Of a DNA stretch of 64,000 bases, positions 50,388 through 63,700 are shown piece after piece. How positions within the stretch are numbered: the first letter of the stretch is position 1; each line of letters opens with the position of its first letter. The stretch is from assembly GCA_013239625.1 (NCBI GenBank), contig MU053482.1, positions 2,021,168 to 2,085,167 of the forward strand, read 5' to 3'. Both the position numbers and the translations under genes were made by a program. The notes below the pieces were generated by a model, which did not search any database, was not told the origin of the DNA, and saw only the letters and a program-made list of their open reading frames with translations. Origin of the DNA: Lama guanicoe (lineage: Eukaryota).

Positions 50388-50597
50388 CAGAAAGGATGAA
50401 AAAGATTCACAAAAAGAGGAAAGACCAAGAGAATTCTGAGAGCTTTACATCCCTAATCATAGCATATCCTGAAATAAGCCACATTCCTGCCTTTGAATTC
50501 CATGTAATATTTAAAATCTTTATAATAAGGTGCCCTATTTTGCTTAAGCTAGTTCAAGTGGCTGAGTTTCCATTATCCCAACCAAAATGAATCTAAT

Positions 50598-51125
50598 TGT
50601 ATTGGTTTTATATGGCTGCTGTAACAAATTACAACAAACTTGGTGATTTAAAGAGTACTAATATATTATCTTGCAGCTCTCTCTAAGTCTGTCATGGGAC
50701 TCACTGGACTAAAATCAGTGTCAGCAGAGATTTGTTCTTTTCTAGAGGCTCTAGGGGAGAATGTTTCCTTGCTTTTCCCAGTTTCCAGAAGCAACTTATA
50801 TTCCTTGTGTTCATGGTACTCTTCTTCCATCTTCAAATGCAGCAATATTGTATCTTTCTGACCATTCTTCTGAGATCACATCTCCCTCTGATTCTAGCTA
50901 GGAAAGGTTTTTAGCTTTTAAGGACCCAAATGATTAGACTGGGCCCAACTGAAAAATCCAGAATAGTCTCCCCATCTCAAAGTTTTTAACTCAATCACCT
51001 CTGCAAAGTGCTTTAAAGTTTTTAACTTAATCACCTCTGCAAAGTGCTTTTTGCACATAAAGTAACATTCACAGCTTCCATGGACATTTGTGGGTCAGGG
51101 CAGGGCGGGGGTGGGGGGTGTCACA
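50598..51125. mobile_element. MaLR (MLT1B/C-like) solo LTR with internal 36-bp tandem duplication
   Basis: tgtattggtttt...ggctgctgtaacaaattacaacaaacttggtgatttaaa...; duplication at 50979-51014 and 51015-51050. Confidence 0.82.
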
Positions 51126-51467
51126 TTAACATAAAATCACTCTATGCTCCTTGTAGGAAGATCCATGCAACAAATGTAGTTCAATCCTGAATGCCAGAAA
51201 AAATATATTTTTCCCCTTGAAAAACTGACACCTCATTTCCTTATGAAGAAAGCAAACCATAAAATTGATCACATTTCCACTTTCACCTTGGCTTCAGGAA
51301 GGTAGAAACCAAGTTTGCAACTCAACTTTAATAATTTTGTGAAACTCTAGCACTGGCATATCAGCGTTACAACTTTTCTCCTGTTCTGTCTCTTCCATTT
51401 TCCCTCATTTCTACTTTTTTTTTTCATTGTATCAACTGCATTATTTTAAGATGCTTCAAATATTTTA

Positions 51468-51830
51468 ACTTGCTGTTCCCCTACCTATAAGGCTCTGCTC
51501 TCATACCCTTACAAGGCTGATTCCTTTTCATCATGTACATCTCAGCTCACGTGCCAACTCCTCAGAGAAGCCTTCCCTGGTTCCTCTATCTAAAGTAGTC
51601 CCTTTCACAGTCTATCACATTACCTTACTTTGTTGTCTTAGAGCACTGAACACCATCTAACACAATCTAATTTATTTTGTTTCTTCCCTCACTGGAAATT
51701 AAGCTCCAAGACAGTAGGGACCAAGCCTCTATGTTTATTGCTTGTTACCAGTATCTGGAACACTGGCTGGCAATTAGTAGCTATTTACTAAAAAGCATGG
51801 CATTAGTAAATGAGAGAATGAATAGTGGAA
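51468..51830 (+). mobile_element. L2 3' end
   Basis: ctcagctcacgtgccaactcctcagagaagccttccctg...aagctccaagacagtagggac. Confidence 0.75.
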
Positions 51831-52589
51831 GGGAAGGCAGGAAGAAGGAAGGAGGGAGGGAAGGATGGGAAGAAGGAAGAAAGAGACTTTGTAGAACATG
51901 GTGAGATATAGATGGATAGGTATATAGGTGGATAGATAGACTGACAGATAAATATTCATTTCAAATTTGCAAATTATCATTAACATTTATAGGGAAGAAT
52001 CAGAGAAGCTACACAAGGAAGTAAAACATAACTCTCTAAAATATGTACATAGAGGTACTAGGTATTCTTGGGGAACCCTTGATGTAAATGCCTTAGACCA
52101 CAAAAAAATTTATTTTGAAGTTTTCAAGTGGCTCTAGAAAGCTATATTAAATATTATGGCTAGTTACCATAGCTGAAGTCATCAGTTCTCAGTGAGGTAA
52201 TGGATTGCAACACCATAACCACTCACACGACAAACTCTCGACACTGCCAAGGGAACACAGTCTGTTCCAGGGGTCATCGCTGCACAACAATCTGCTCTCA
52301 TCCTATTCCTGCAATTATTAATGTCACCACTGGCAACAAATATTATATATTGTTTACTTAAACACTCTATGGTAAAGTTATTGTTACAATGCAATATCAA
52401 ATTGCTTGACACTTAAGGAAGAGAGATCAGAATTGAAGTCTGTCAATATAACAAAACATAGAAGCAATTAGTACCATTTGTTCCATGGTTTGTTGATTCT
52501 GTTAGTAAAAACCCCAAAGACTCAGGGGGAAGAGATGGACTTCAGTTTTCTTTGGTCAAGAAGCAGTTGATTCACACCGTGTTGGCTAT

Positions 52590-52945
52590 TAACAGGAATG
52601 AATTACTGATACATACTACAACATGGATAAATCTTGAAAATATTACACTAAGTGAAAGAAGCCAGATGCAAAAAGCCATATCTTGTATGATTTCATTTCT
52701 ATAAAATGTCCCGAATAGGCAAACCTATATATAGAGAAAGCAGATTTGTTGTTGCCAGGAACTGGGAAAAGGAGGTAATGGGGAGAGATTGTTAACAGGT
52801 ATTGAGTTTCTTTTTGGGGTGATAAAAATGTTCTAAAATGAGACAGTGGTGATGGTTGAACAACCTCGTGAATAGACTGAAAACCACTGAATTATACTTT
52901 TAAAAAGTGAATATTAGTCATATGAATTATATCTTAACTTAAAAA
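52590..52945 (+). mobile_element. L1MB-type 3' end
   Basis: acaacatggataaatcttgaaaatattacactaagtgaaagaagccagatgc...ttttggggtgataaaaatgttctaaaat. Confidence 0.85.
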
Positions 52946-53189
52946 TAAAGTAGAAAGAACTAAATAATGCTTTATATTTCATAGATTCTAAAGCTCACTT
53001 TTTTTTCACTTTTGAAACTTCCTTGAAATTGGGTTGCATCTTATGATTATACGTTGCTATCACTATCAGCCAGGTAGCAGTCCTGACATGCGTAAAAATC
53101 TTCTGTTGACACTTTTCCTGAAGGACCAAGAAAGTGCCAGCATCTTTGTGTCTTAGTTTTCATAAAATACAGGTGATACTAACCCACCT

Positions 53190-53420
53190 AATATCTACTC
53201 TGTTCCAGGCACTGTTCCAAATGCTTTCTGTATTTTAACTTATTCAACCCTCACAATAGCTCCATGAGACAGATACTGTCATTATCTTTATTTTACAAAG
53301 AAACAGAAGTACAATGTGCTAGAGTGACTTGTCCAAGACCCCAGAGCTGGTACATGTGAGTCCCATACAGGTTGTTCTGGTCCAGAGTCTGTGCTCCTAA
53401 CCATGAGGCTTCACTGTCTC
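53190..53420 (-). mobile_element. MIR SINE
   Basis: ttccaggcactgttccaaatgctt...ccctcacaatagctccatgag...gtgacttgtccaagacc. Confidence 0.78.
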
Positions 53421-54469
53421 ACTCACCTGTGACATGCTCTAAGTGCAAGACAGCTATCGCCTGCAACAGTCTTCAAGATTTCCAAAAGAACAATGAAAGC
53501 TAATAATGAATCTTTCAATGGTTTAGTGATAAAAATACCATTAATTTGGAAGTGTGATTTGTTCATCCAAACATTTTTTTGGATATGTCTAAGGGATTTC
53601 ACAGTCTAGCACTTCATTTGATGAGCCCAGACAAGACCTTGGCTTACAAGGTTAAGTAAAGGGAGCTGGAGCCTTGGTCCAGATCCTCCTCATTTCCCCC
53701 AGCTAACTGCAGGGCTTGACTTCCTCCTCCTATGAGGCTGGCTGGGTGAGGGGCAGGCCAGGCCAGGGAGGTGTATTTTGCTCATGTATAAAGGGTCTGG
53801 AGCCAGAAGAAACACCACCAGAAGCCATCTCGTGAAGAAGTGCAGGATCAAACCTGAGGCAAACGTTCCACCTCCCTATTACCTGACATCCAATTTTGCT
53901 GATTAAACGCAAAGTAAATCACTGGAAGATTGAAAGGACTCCTGAAGATTCAAAAGTATACAGCATGCCAGGCTCAGGGAGAAGATGGATTGTGTCACTT
54001 CCAAGAAACTGTAAACAGAAAGAAAAGATAGCTAAGCCTTCCCTGTCCCCATTCTGCCCAGGCTCTTGCCACACCCAGCTCAGCTGAGTCCCTGGATACC
54101 AGATGCCTCTTTAGAAAGTCTGGGGAATCCTAGCCCAACCCTGACCACTTCCAACAAGCTGACCCCACAGATACCCTCAGTTCCCAGAGGCCAGAGTGAG
54201 GATAGAAACTGGCCTCAGAGCCCTCCACTGCCTTCCACATCCCTCTACAGAAGCTTCAATAGCATTTTCCAGTCATGAACAACAGTAATTCCATCTCCTC
54301 CTCAGCTTCAGAGTCTAGAAGCCAAACACAATCCTTTCAGGAAAGAAAAAAGACTGAAGCAAAGGGGACAGAAGACACGCACAAACAAGCAGGATACCAG
54401 CTCTGAATTGTTGCACAATGGAAAGAGGGGTGGGTGGGCAGAGAAGGTGCCTGGAACCACCATCCTGTA

Positions 54470-55130
54470 ATTCATTTTTATTTCTTAAATTTTCAAACTT
54501 ATAGATAAGTTGCAAAAATAAAGATAGTAGAAAGAATATCCATATACCCTCTTTACCTAGCTTCACCTTTTTTTCTTTACCCAGATTCACCACATTTTAC
54601 CCATTTGCTTTATTTATATCTTATATATACATATTTTTGATACATCTTTTCTAATTGAAATATATATAAATATATATTGAAAATATAATAAACATATAAA
54701 TATTATATATTAAAATATATTTCTACATATCTAAATTAGAAAAAATATTTTTTGCACCATCTGAGGGTAAGTCACATGCACTATAGACTTCTACTCCTAA
54801 ATACCCCCAATACATAGTCCCTAAAAATAAGGATAATTTATTATATAACCACAGGACAGTTATCAACTGTAACATATTTAACATTGATACAACAATGTAA
54901 TCTACTGTCCATATTCCAGTTTCATCAGTTGACCCAATGATGTACTTTAAGCATATCTCCCCTTCCACTTCTGGATGCACAATTCGTCCACCTGTCCCTC
55001 ACTGGTGATGTTAACACAGTCAAGAAGTTTTCTGATTTATCCACTGTATAATTACTGTATACTTTTTCTCCCCCACAACTAATGAGCAGTTGGTAGAGAA
55101 ACAGTTTAAGACTGTGCAAATACCCTCTCC
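54470..55130 (-). mobile_element. Old L1 (L1MC/ME-type) 3' UTR
   Basis: ttttcaaacttatagataagttgcaaaaata...ccatctgagggtaagtcac...aaaaataaggataatt; related text recurs at ~56000-56370 and ~57110-57720. Confidence 0.7.
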
Positions 55131-56931
55131 CTCCTTATCAAAATGTCTCCCTAGCTTTCCTGACTTTCCAGTGAGCTAAATGAGTGTCGTTAGTGACACC
55201 TATGGGGCTGCTAGCACACTGCAACAAGGAGAATGGGCTGTGGACCCTCTCACTCCTGCCTCTTGTCTGGTGCACAGGAGCTATTTCACCTTTAGACATT
55301 TTGAAAGAAAAGCCTTTTGAGACTTGAATCACAAGGCATGAGTTCTAGTTCTGATATTACCACCAACTCATGAGGAAACTGGGACAAGTTCTTCCCCTTC
55401 TCAAGACACCAGAGTCTCCAGTAAAATGGGAGGTTGGATGACAAAGACCTGATTTCATTCATTCATTCAACAAATAATTGTTGAGCAAATACCTGCACTG
55501 TTTTAGGGTCTGCACAAGATTTCTGTCCTCAAAGAGCTTATACCATATGAGAGGTGACCCAGACAATGAGCAAGAAAACAAATTAAAGAAAAGGATAAAC
55601 ACACAGTGTAGCAAGTGCTATGCTGACAATTAAACAGGATTGTGAGAGAGAGTCCAATTTAGACTGAGTAGTTGGGAAAAGCTCTCTGAAGAGGGGTTTT
55701 GGCTAAGACATAAAGGATGATATTTGAGATATACCATGATAAAAGTTTACAAATACATATAAAAAAGTAGCATAACATTTTAACACAAAGTTTGGAGAAG
55801 AGACAGAAAAATTACCAGTTATGCTACCACCCTAATATATTTTAGGGTGGTAACATTTTAGTATATTTGTATTCGCTTCTGTCTTGCTTTTTTCAAGTTA
55901 GCATCATCTCATAAGTATTCTCCTTTTTGCTATTCTAGATGCAAACATTGCTCACCTCACATTCCATTTGTTAAAATTATTTGACCTTTTCCCCCTCAAG
56001 GACAGTGCGATGAACACCTACATCTCCTTCATTTAATAAACTGGTAGATTTACCAGTTGTTAACTTTTGGCCACATTTGCTTTACTTCTCTCTAATAATG
56101 TAACATGCAGTTTTTCTGAACCCCTGAGAGTGAGTTGCAGGCATCATGACCCTTCATCCCTGAACACTTCAGCATATACCACCTAAAAACAAGGCCTTTT
56201 TCCTCTGTAACCACTATTCAAAGTATCACTCTCAGCAAGTTTAATATTAATACAAGATATCAGCACATATTAAAATTTCCCCACTTATCCCAATAAGGTC
56301 TTTTCAGCAGGGTTCGTTTGTTTTTTGATCGAGTATCCAATCAAGGACTAGGCATTTTATTTAGTTGCTCTTTTCATATTATACACTTTAAGCTTCTTAG
56401 GCAGGAAGTTTTATCCTAAAGTTAACTGACAGAATTTCAGTTCTCAGTCTTGAAAATGTAGGCATCTCTGCTACTGAAAATCAGCCCAGTCTATGCCACT
56501 AAAGACTGGATCATCTTACCCTCCTGTCCAGTGTGGTGACTGTATGAAAATGTACAATAACAGAAAATAGAGCAGGATCGTTCAATGAACCATGGAAATG
56601 TTTTCCATACAAAAACATTTTTTCAGAGGCTTGTGCTTCTGAGGGTGTTGTTATGATCTATAAAATGTAACTGAATCTGCAAATGTGTTCAGTGGTCTTA
56701 ATAATTTATTCCTTTCCTGATAATTTAAGCTATTATCTCTGCTTTCTGAAATAACTGAGAGGTCGCTCAAGTCAGAAGTAGTCTGGAACTTTCTTCTGCT
56801 TTTATGCATCTTCTGGCTCTGTTGGATTTCTGATTCAAACAAAGACTCTGAGAGTCTTTGTCTCAGTTAAAGTATGCCCAAATATTTTAAATTACGTTAT
56901 ATTAATTGTTTAACCATCTTCTATAGGTTTT

Positions 56932-57060
56932 TATTTATTGCTTTTGCTTTGTTTTGGGGGGGAGGTAATTAGGTACTTATTTCAATGGAGGTACTGGGGA
57001 TTGAACCCCGGACCTCATGCATGCTAAGCTCACACCCTACCACTGAGCTATACCCTCCCC
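56932..57060 (-). mobile_element. tRNA(Ala)-derived SINE, Vic-1 type (camelid)
   Basis: Minus strand: ggggagggtatagctcagtggtagggtgtgagcttagcatgcatgaggtccggggttcaatccccagtacctcca...cctaattacctccccc plus A-rich tail; Pol III A and B boxes; TSD tcttcta(t/a)agg(t/c)ttt at ~56917 and 57061. Confidence 0.85.
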
Positions 57061-57720
57061 TCTTCTAAAGGCTTTTCATTGTTTCCAATAGTCTACTATT
57101 GCAAATCTTGATCACACCTAAAAAATAACATAAAACAACATAAAGTAAAAATAACATTAAAAATAATAAGTTCTTAGTATCATCAAATATCTTGTAAATG
57201 TTCACCTTTTCCCAATCATCTCATAATAGTTTTAGTTTCTTTAAACCAGGATGCAAATAAGTTCCATACTTTACAGTTGGTTTATATGCTTTTTGAAGTC
57301 TCTTTAATCTGTAGGTTTCCCCTCCATCTCACTTTTTTTTTCCTTGCAATATATTTGTTGAAGGAACCAGGTCATTTGCCTCTATGGTTGCTCACAGATT
57401 GGATTGTATCCTTGTGGTGTCATTTCATGTGTTCCTCTGTTCTTTGCACTTCCTCTCAATTGGGAGCTCCATTTGTAAGTTGGTAGTTAGATCTAGAGAG
57501 TTGATTAGATTTAGATTCTATTTGTTTGGAAACACCTCATAGATGATACTGTGTATCAGGACACATGTAATGTCTGAATGTCTCTCTTTTTGTGATATGG
57601 ATAACCATGGATGGTCACTGCCTAGATTCAGTAATTCGGGGAGGGTTGAAAATGGTGATATTCCAATCTATCAACCCTTCAATTATTAGCTGGAATACTT
57701 CTGAAAGAGACACTTCCCCT

Positions 57721-58169
57721 TGCAAACAAAGAAGAACAAAGAGCATTGCTTACCACCCAGTTTGGCAAGGATTAAGTGGTTAGCCACAGCAGTCACTGAC
57801 CAACATGCACCCTGAGAGGGATCTAGGATGAAAAGCAGGATGAGGCACTCTGTACTTTGGAAAACCAGGCCCTAGATAGGTAGATGTGTATTTCAGGAAG
57901 AATTTTAATGAACTCAGATTCTTGCATCTCCCCATACACAGGAAAGCACTAAAATCATTAACTTGAGATATCTGTTCTTTGTGGCTAGCAATCATCTTTT
58001 ATCAAGATGCATGTTTGACTGCACATATTCCCTAGCCAAAATCATGCATAAGCTGGTTTCTCTCCTACCTCTTCAGAGCAGAGGCCACCCCCTGGGCTAT
58101 AGTCCCTAGTAAGTTCCCTGAACAAAACGTAAACTCATAACTCTTATGTTGTGCATTTTTAAGTTGACA
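57721..58169 (+). mobile_element. ERV solo LTR inserted in an old L1
   Basis: TG...CA termini (tgcaaac ... aagttgaca); the L1 text 'cacttcccct...catcaactatttgg' resumes across it. Confidence 0.7.
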
Positions 58170-58589
58170 GTCTCATCAACTATTTGGCTACCCAGAGATG
58201 CATTTCATATAGGAAAGAGAGGATGAATTCTTCATTAAATTCCTAATAAACTTAAAAAGTCACAGAGAACTGCCTGGGACAGCCTTTGCTCTGAAGTGAC
58301 AATGTCAGTGGGACACAACATACCTGGGACTCACTGGGACAAATGGGGAGCAGAGCCCTAGACAAGACATCTGCTCCCAGCAGCACCAGGCCTTCGTCCT
58401 TAGGCCGGGGCAGGGCTGGGGCCGTCGTGGTCGTCTTTCCAGGCACAGAGAGGTCCTTATTTTCTCCCTGAATCCTGAGCTCGGCCTCAGGAGGCCTTAC
58501 ACCTCTGGAGGCCAGGGGTAAAGCAACTTCCAGGAAGCTTAGAAATAGCCCCTCAGGCCAACAGCCAAATAAAGCTCTGTTTTTGGTAA

Positions 58590-59060
58590 ATTAGACTATA
58601 GGCTCAGCTGCTGTAACAACAAAAAATTAGTTAAAGGGGCTTAAACATAGAAATGTGTTTCTTTCTCAGGTAACAGCCCAAAGAGGTAAGGAGGCAGCTC
58701 AAGGTAGATGGGTGACTGCTCTGTGAGACTGTCAGAAGAACCTAGCTTATTTCTACTTCCTGTTTCACCATTCTCTAGGATGTCACATTCATCCGCATGA
58801 TTGACGTGCGTGACTAGCAGCTTATCTGTGCTGTCTGGAGGAAAGGTAAAGACAGAGGAAGTGGAGGACGAGCAATTTCATTTAAATCCTGTGTCTTGGA
58901 ACTTGTATACATCACTGCTTCCCATAATTGATTGGCTAGAACTTATTCATAAGAACTTATGAATCCAGCTGTAGAAGAGGCTGGAGAAGGTGGAGAAGGG
59001 GACTATTATTAAAATTAAGGAGAAAATGAATACTGGCAACAATTATCAGTCTCTTCCATG
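58590..59060. mobile_element. MaLR (MLT1-type) LTR
   Basis: gctcagctgctgtaacaac...ggcttaaacatagaaatgtgtttc...catcactgcttcccataattgattggctagaac. Confidence 0.65.
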
Positions 59061-60474
59061 GTTTGAAACTGGCCTCTAGGGACTGGTTACAGCCTCAGTC
59101 CTGAAACCATAGTGTGTGCAAGGCCTCCAGGGGCTGATGTCTGTGTGATGAGGTCCTCACACCAAAGCTCCAGGGCCCATGCATGAGGCCTCTTCCCAGA
59201 GTCCAGGCATTCTTATTCTAGGAGGCCCTACAACACACATCAAACATTAAAGTGCACCCATTGTCTATAGTAAATAGAGTTTTTACTGCAATCTCAAAAT
59301 TGTTTTTACAGTTCTGCCTTTTGAATTCTTTCACTAGGAGTAATTCATTTAATTTACAATTGGCTTAGTTTTCTTAGGAATCATCTAAGTGCATGTAGAA
59401 TTTTTTTGGAAATAAAAAAATTAAAATTTTATTATTAAATGATATGATTTTTACATAGGAATCCAAAATAATTTACAAATGAATTATTTAAATAGGTGAA
59501 TTTTGCAAAGTTGCTATATATAAGATTATATGCAAAATTTAAGTGCATTTCTGTATACTAGCATCAAACAGAAAGTAAAACTTGCCATTTGTAACAGAAC
59601 CAAAAAATATCAAATATCTAGGAAGAAATCTAACAAAAATGTCTTCTACACAGATGATTATGAAGCTAAGTGTATGCAGAATTCCTTGTGATGCAAAAAA
59701 AAAAACCTGTAACCTATGAATTGTTTTCAAGTGCAATAAAATTTTTATGAAATTGTTATAAAATTACCAAGTCATGAGTTTCACATAATGGTCTAGTTTA
59801 TAGACATTTAATCAGATATTTATTTATTTAGGTTCTGCCATTTTTAATTCTAATTTTTTTCAGGACTTGTATTTTTATAGGCCCCTGAAAAGCTCCCAGG
59901 CCCTGGATACTCTGCCTGCACTGCCTAGTGGATAAAGCAGCCCACAGGCCACGAGCGCAGGAAGAGGAAGTCTGCTGCAGACCTACCTGCCAGGGCAGGG
60001 CTGGCTCTGGGGAGCGGGCTGGCTCCAGCAGCTTGCCATGGAGCCTGAGGAAAGGGACGTAGAGAGGTTCCCCTGGGACCTAGAGAAGGCCAGAACTGAA
60101 CAAATTAGTAAGAACCAAACACAGCAGAAAGCTCAGAGCAGGTGTGGGAAAGGTTTTAGGAACTTGGGCTTCTCTGAAGAGTCAAGGGGTGGAGGCGGTT
60201 AGAGAAGATTTCCAGGTCTCATTGTAAACATTGGAAGTGATAGCCATCCTTCCTCGAAGTACAAACTTCCTTGGCTTCTCTGACACCACATCACCCAGTT
60301 TCCTTCCCATGTTCCTGGCTGCTGAGATAGGGAATACGCAAGGAAGAATGGTAAGAGGATGGCCAGTGTCAGGTGACGCTGAGACACCCAAGTGGAGGTG
60401 TCCACAGACCACAGGGTGTGTGGATCTGGAGCTCTGAGAGTGGGTCCATGACTATCAGATACCTCAAGATTTCT

Positions 60475-60950
60475 GCATAGGGTGCTTAGTTGCAAGTAAA
60501 AGATTCTGGCTAATTTAAGCAGAAAGTGAGTTTATTAAAAGATTTTTTAAAGCATCTCGCAGAATTGTTGGAAAGGCCAGAGAATGAAGCTAAGAGCTGA
60601 CTGGTGTGCTACAGAAACTGTCGCTGCCATCAACCACTAGGCGCTTCAACTGGTACTGCTGTTCATGCTGCCATGGAAACCCCACCTCGCTGCAACTAGT
60701 CCTGCCACCAGAGAGGTCTCTGTAGTCCTTGCTTTGCGTTTCCTTTCTTTTCTTTCTCTTTTATTTAACAACTACCACTAGACCTGTACCCAGGCTGCAA
60801 GGGATGCTGAGAAATCAAGATTTTAATATATTTAGCTTCTATAATGAAGCGTGCATTCTGCCTCTGGACTCCTGAGGTGGGGAGTTCCCCCCAAATAAGA
60901 AAGAAGTTCAGATTCCATCTGGTCAAAATGAGTGACAAATATTCATTACA
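60475..60950. mobile_element. MaLR (MLT1-type) LTR
   Basis: agggtgcttagttgcaagt...ctggctaatttaagcagaaa...gctgcaagggatgctgagaaa. Confidence 0.6.
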
Positions 60951-62399
60951 ATGTCCTCAACCCCACAAATAGCTAGAAACCATTGGGCAGAGAGGAGGGT
61001 TAAGGCTAAGTAACTAGGAGATACCACCATATAGAGGATATTCCTGAAGTGTTTGGTGCCCAGAAGTGGTGGATATTCATAAGACGCTTTTTCCCCTAAT
61101 CCTGCCTCAGACTTGCTGCCTGTATTTTGAAGAACAGGCTGTGTTCATGCAGTAAGAGCCGAGTTCTTCCTGAAAGAAAGGGTCCCAGTCTAACCTTCCC
61201 CACCTTGTGTTCTTAATGATGTTGGAGTCCAGAGCCGAGAAGACCATGAAGCAGGTTCGACCATCTTCACTGAAAAAACACTCCAGGACACAATTATTGG
61301 TAAAGAAAAGTGCTATGTTTTTAATTTGTTCTTGAACGTGTAGGTCTTGAATGTGATTTTAAAATCAGTGACACTTCCCCTTATAACATCCCTCCCTCAT
61401 GCCCCCAACTACTTTGTCTCCAGTGGCCACTTCTAGAAAAGGCCTAGGAGAAACCCACCCTAGAGAGCCAACACAGCAGTGCAGCTTGAGGAAGGAGTGC
61501 ACGGCTCCAGAAGCAGCACCAGCTACTGAAGACCTTCCTCAGAGCAGCTCAGTTTGGCCTGTGAGTCCCTTTGCCCTGCCTTGGTCAAGACTCCCTAGCT
61601 GTGTCCTACTCCAGTGCTCCCTTGTTCCTTGTGTGGCCTGAGCTTCAGAATTAGAATCACCATTACCATCTTTAGAGCTGGAGAGCCTCTGTAAGATCAC
61701 TGTTTCCCCCTCCCTCCTCCTCCTCACAACTTTATAGATGGGGAAACTGTACCCTAGGTCACACAGCTCGTAATTGGCAGAGCCAGAACTTACATGCTTA
61801 GCATCTCAACTCAGATACCTTTCTACCACACCTTCCTACTTCCAAGAAGACAACCAGCATCTGCCTCCAGCTCTGGGAACAACTGGAGCAAGCAGGTGGT
61901 GACGATCAGTACAGACAGGAAAGACCTGGCTAAAGGGGGCCAGGCTGACTCCAGCTGAACCCCAAGTGATGAATCACAGCATTTCCCAGGTTCCCTCCAT
62001 CAGAATGTTATCAGCGACAGACACCCACCCCTGCCAGGAGTCTCCTCCTGGCTAGCAGCACTGAACCACATATGGAATTGTGCTTACCATCATCCCAAGC
62101 TCCTTACTGACTGTGGCAGGTTCTAATTAGTATAAGGATCACACTGATGAACCGCCCACCAGCCTGGTAATCCAGTTTATCAAATTTCTTCTTGGTAAGA
62201 CCCAATCCACATTTTGGGGTTGATTTATATGGAGTCTCTTAGCAAACACGGCAAAAATCTGTCTCCATGCTGCACTGAGAGAGACAGAGGGAAAGAGTCA
62301 CGGATACTGTCTTCCCAGCAGAAGTCATACACATGCTTGGCATCAGGAGGACTGAGTCAAAGAGAAGAAATGAACTTAAAGAAAACAGGCAGATATAGA

Positions 62400-63700
62400 G
62401 GGTAGGGAGCAGGAGCAGCTGTGCTTCCTCCTGCCTATGCAACTCGTGAAGAGACAAGACCACAGAAAGCTACAGATGTGTCCTCCATCAGTATGTGAAA
62501 AGGGGTTTTCATCAGCCAAGTGAAAAGGGGTTTTCAAAGAGGAAGTGGTAGATGATGTGAAATGCTGTAGAGCGTTCAAGACAGCTGAGGACTGAAAGGT
62601 ATTTGATTTGGCAACTGAGTGGTTCACTGGTGGCTTTTATGAAAAACTGTAGAGGACTGAAGAATGACTGAGAAGAATCAATGAAAAGTTGTTTTTTTGT
62701 TTTTTTTTTTAAAGAAACTTAGCTGACAAGGAAAAAATGTAAAGGCAACAGACTCTAAGAACTTTTGTTTTAATCTTGGGGAGAAATTTGTTTGTTTGTA
62801 AGTTATGTGGAGGTAACAAATGGAGAGGGAGGTTGAAGACCCTGGAAAATGAGAGCAGTGGGAAAAACAATGGAGCAAAGTTTTGGTGGACAAAGAGCAG
62901 GACGCAAGAATTAGAGCACCAAGTAGGAGCAATGTGGGGGAGCTGAGGAGGGATACAGACACAGGTGGATGGGAGGGGGAGAGGAGCAAGTGGACAGGGA
63001 AGTTCTTGCTTTAGAGCCTCTCTTCTGTGAAGCAGGCAATGAGGTCAGTCATTCGCTGAGAGCAAAGATGAAGGGCATGGATGGAACGTAGAGTAATGAG
63101 AAGTCAAAGACATACCAATCGATACTGAGAGCCCAGCTGAGGCTGTCAACTCTGCACTGGTCATGCTTAGCAGCCCAGAAAGAGGAATCCAAAAAGGCTG
63201 ATGCAGAAAATGAAGAATGGTTGGTAGTTTCAGCTAAAGTTGGAAAGGATGAGAAAGTCCAGGATGCTGACAAAAACATCAGTGTGTCATGCATGGACCA
63301 TGGATTTAGGCTCAAGAGAGGAAGAAGTCCGGGAGAAGATGAAAGACTCAGAGCACAGAGAGCTAAGGTCTTGGACCTGGGCTAAAGGAGCAGGCAATTT
63401 AAAGAGACGGCAGTGGAGGAGTGTGAGAAACAGCAGCACAGGGGATGTTAATCCAGAAAGAGCAGAGTCTCAGTTTGGGAGTTCAGAAGAAGAGACTATA
63501 GGTGACAGCAATGGAGTGAGAGAGAAAATGGAGCAGAGCCCAGGAATAAACAAGAAGGGGTCGGGTTTTAGCAGCAAGGCAAAGACCATTGCCAGAAATG
63601 GGGACAGGGAGCCAGAGTCTGCCAGGGTTGATGGCAAGGCCTTCAGTGGAGCAGAGCTGACAGAGAATCTGGTGGCTGCCACTAGGGAGGGGGTACCTGC
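62400..63700 (-). mobile_element. Degenerate L2 body
   Basis: aaatgctgtagagcgttcaagacagctgaggactgaaaggtatttgatttggcaac..., followed by purine-rich text typical of antisense L2. Confidence 0.55.

Noticed and set aside
56985..57060. tRNA-Ala-like sequence
   Set aside because: Has a SINE body, A-rich tail and TSD, so it is a retroposed SINE, not a tRNA gene.
60667..60680. Second X-box-like sequence GCTGCCATGGAAAC
   Set aside because: Mismatch in the GTT half-site and located within an MLT-type LTR far from a promoter.
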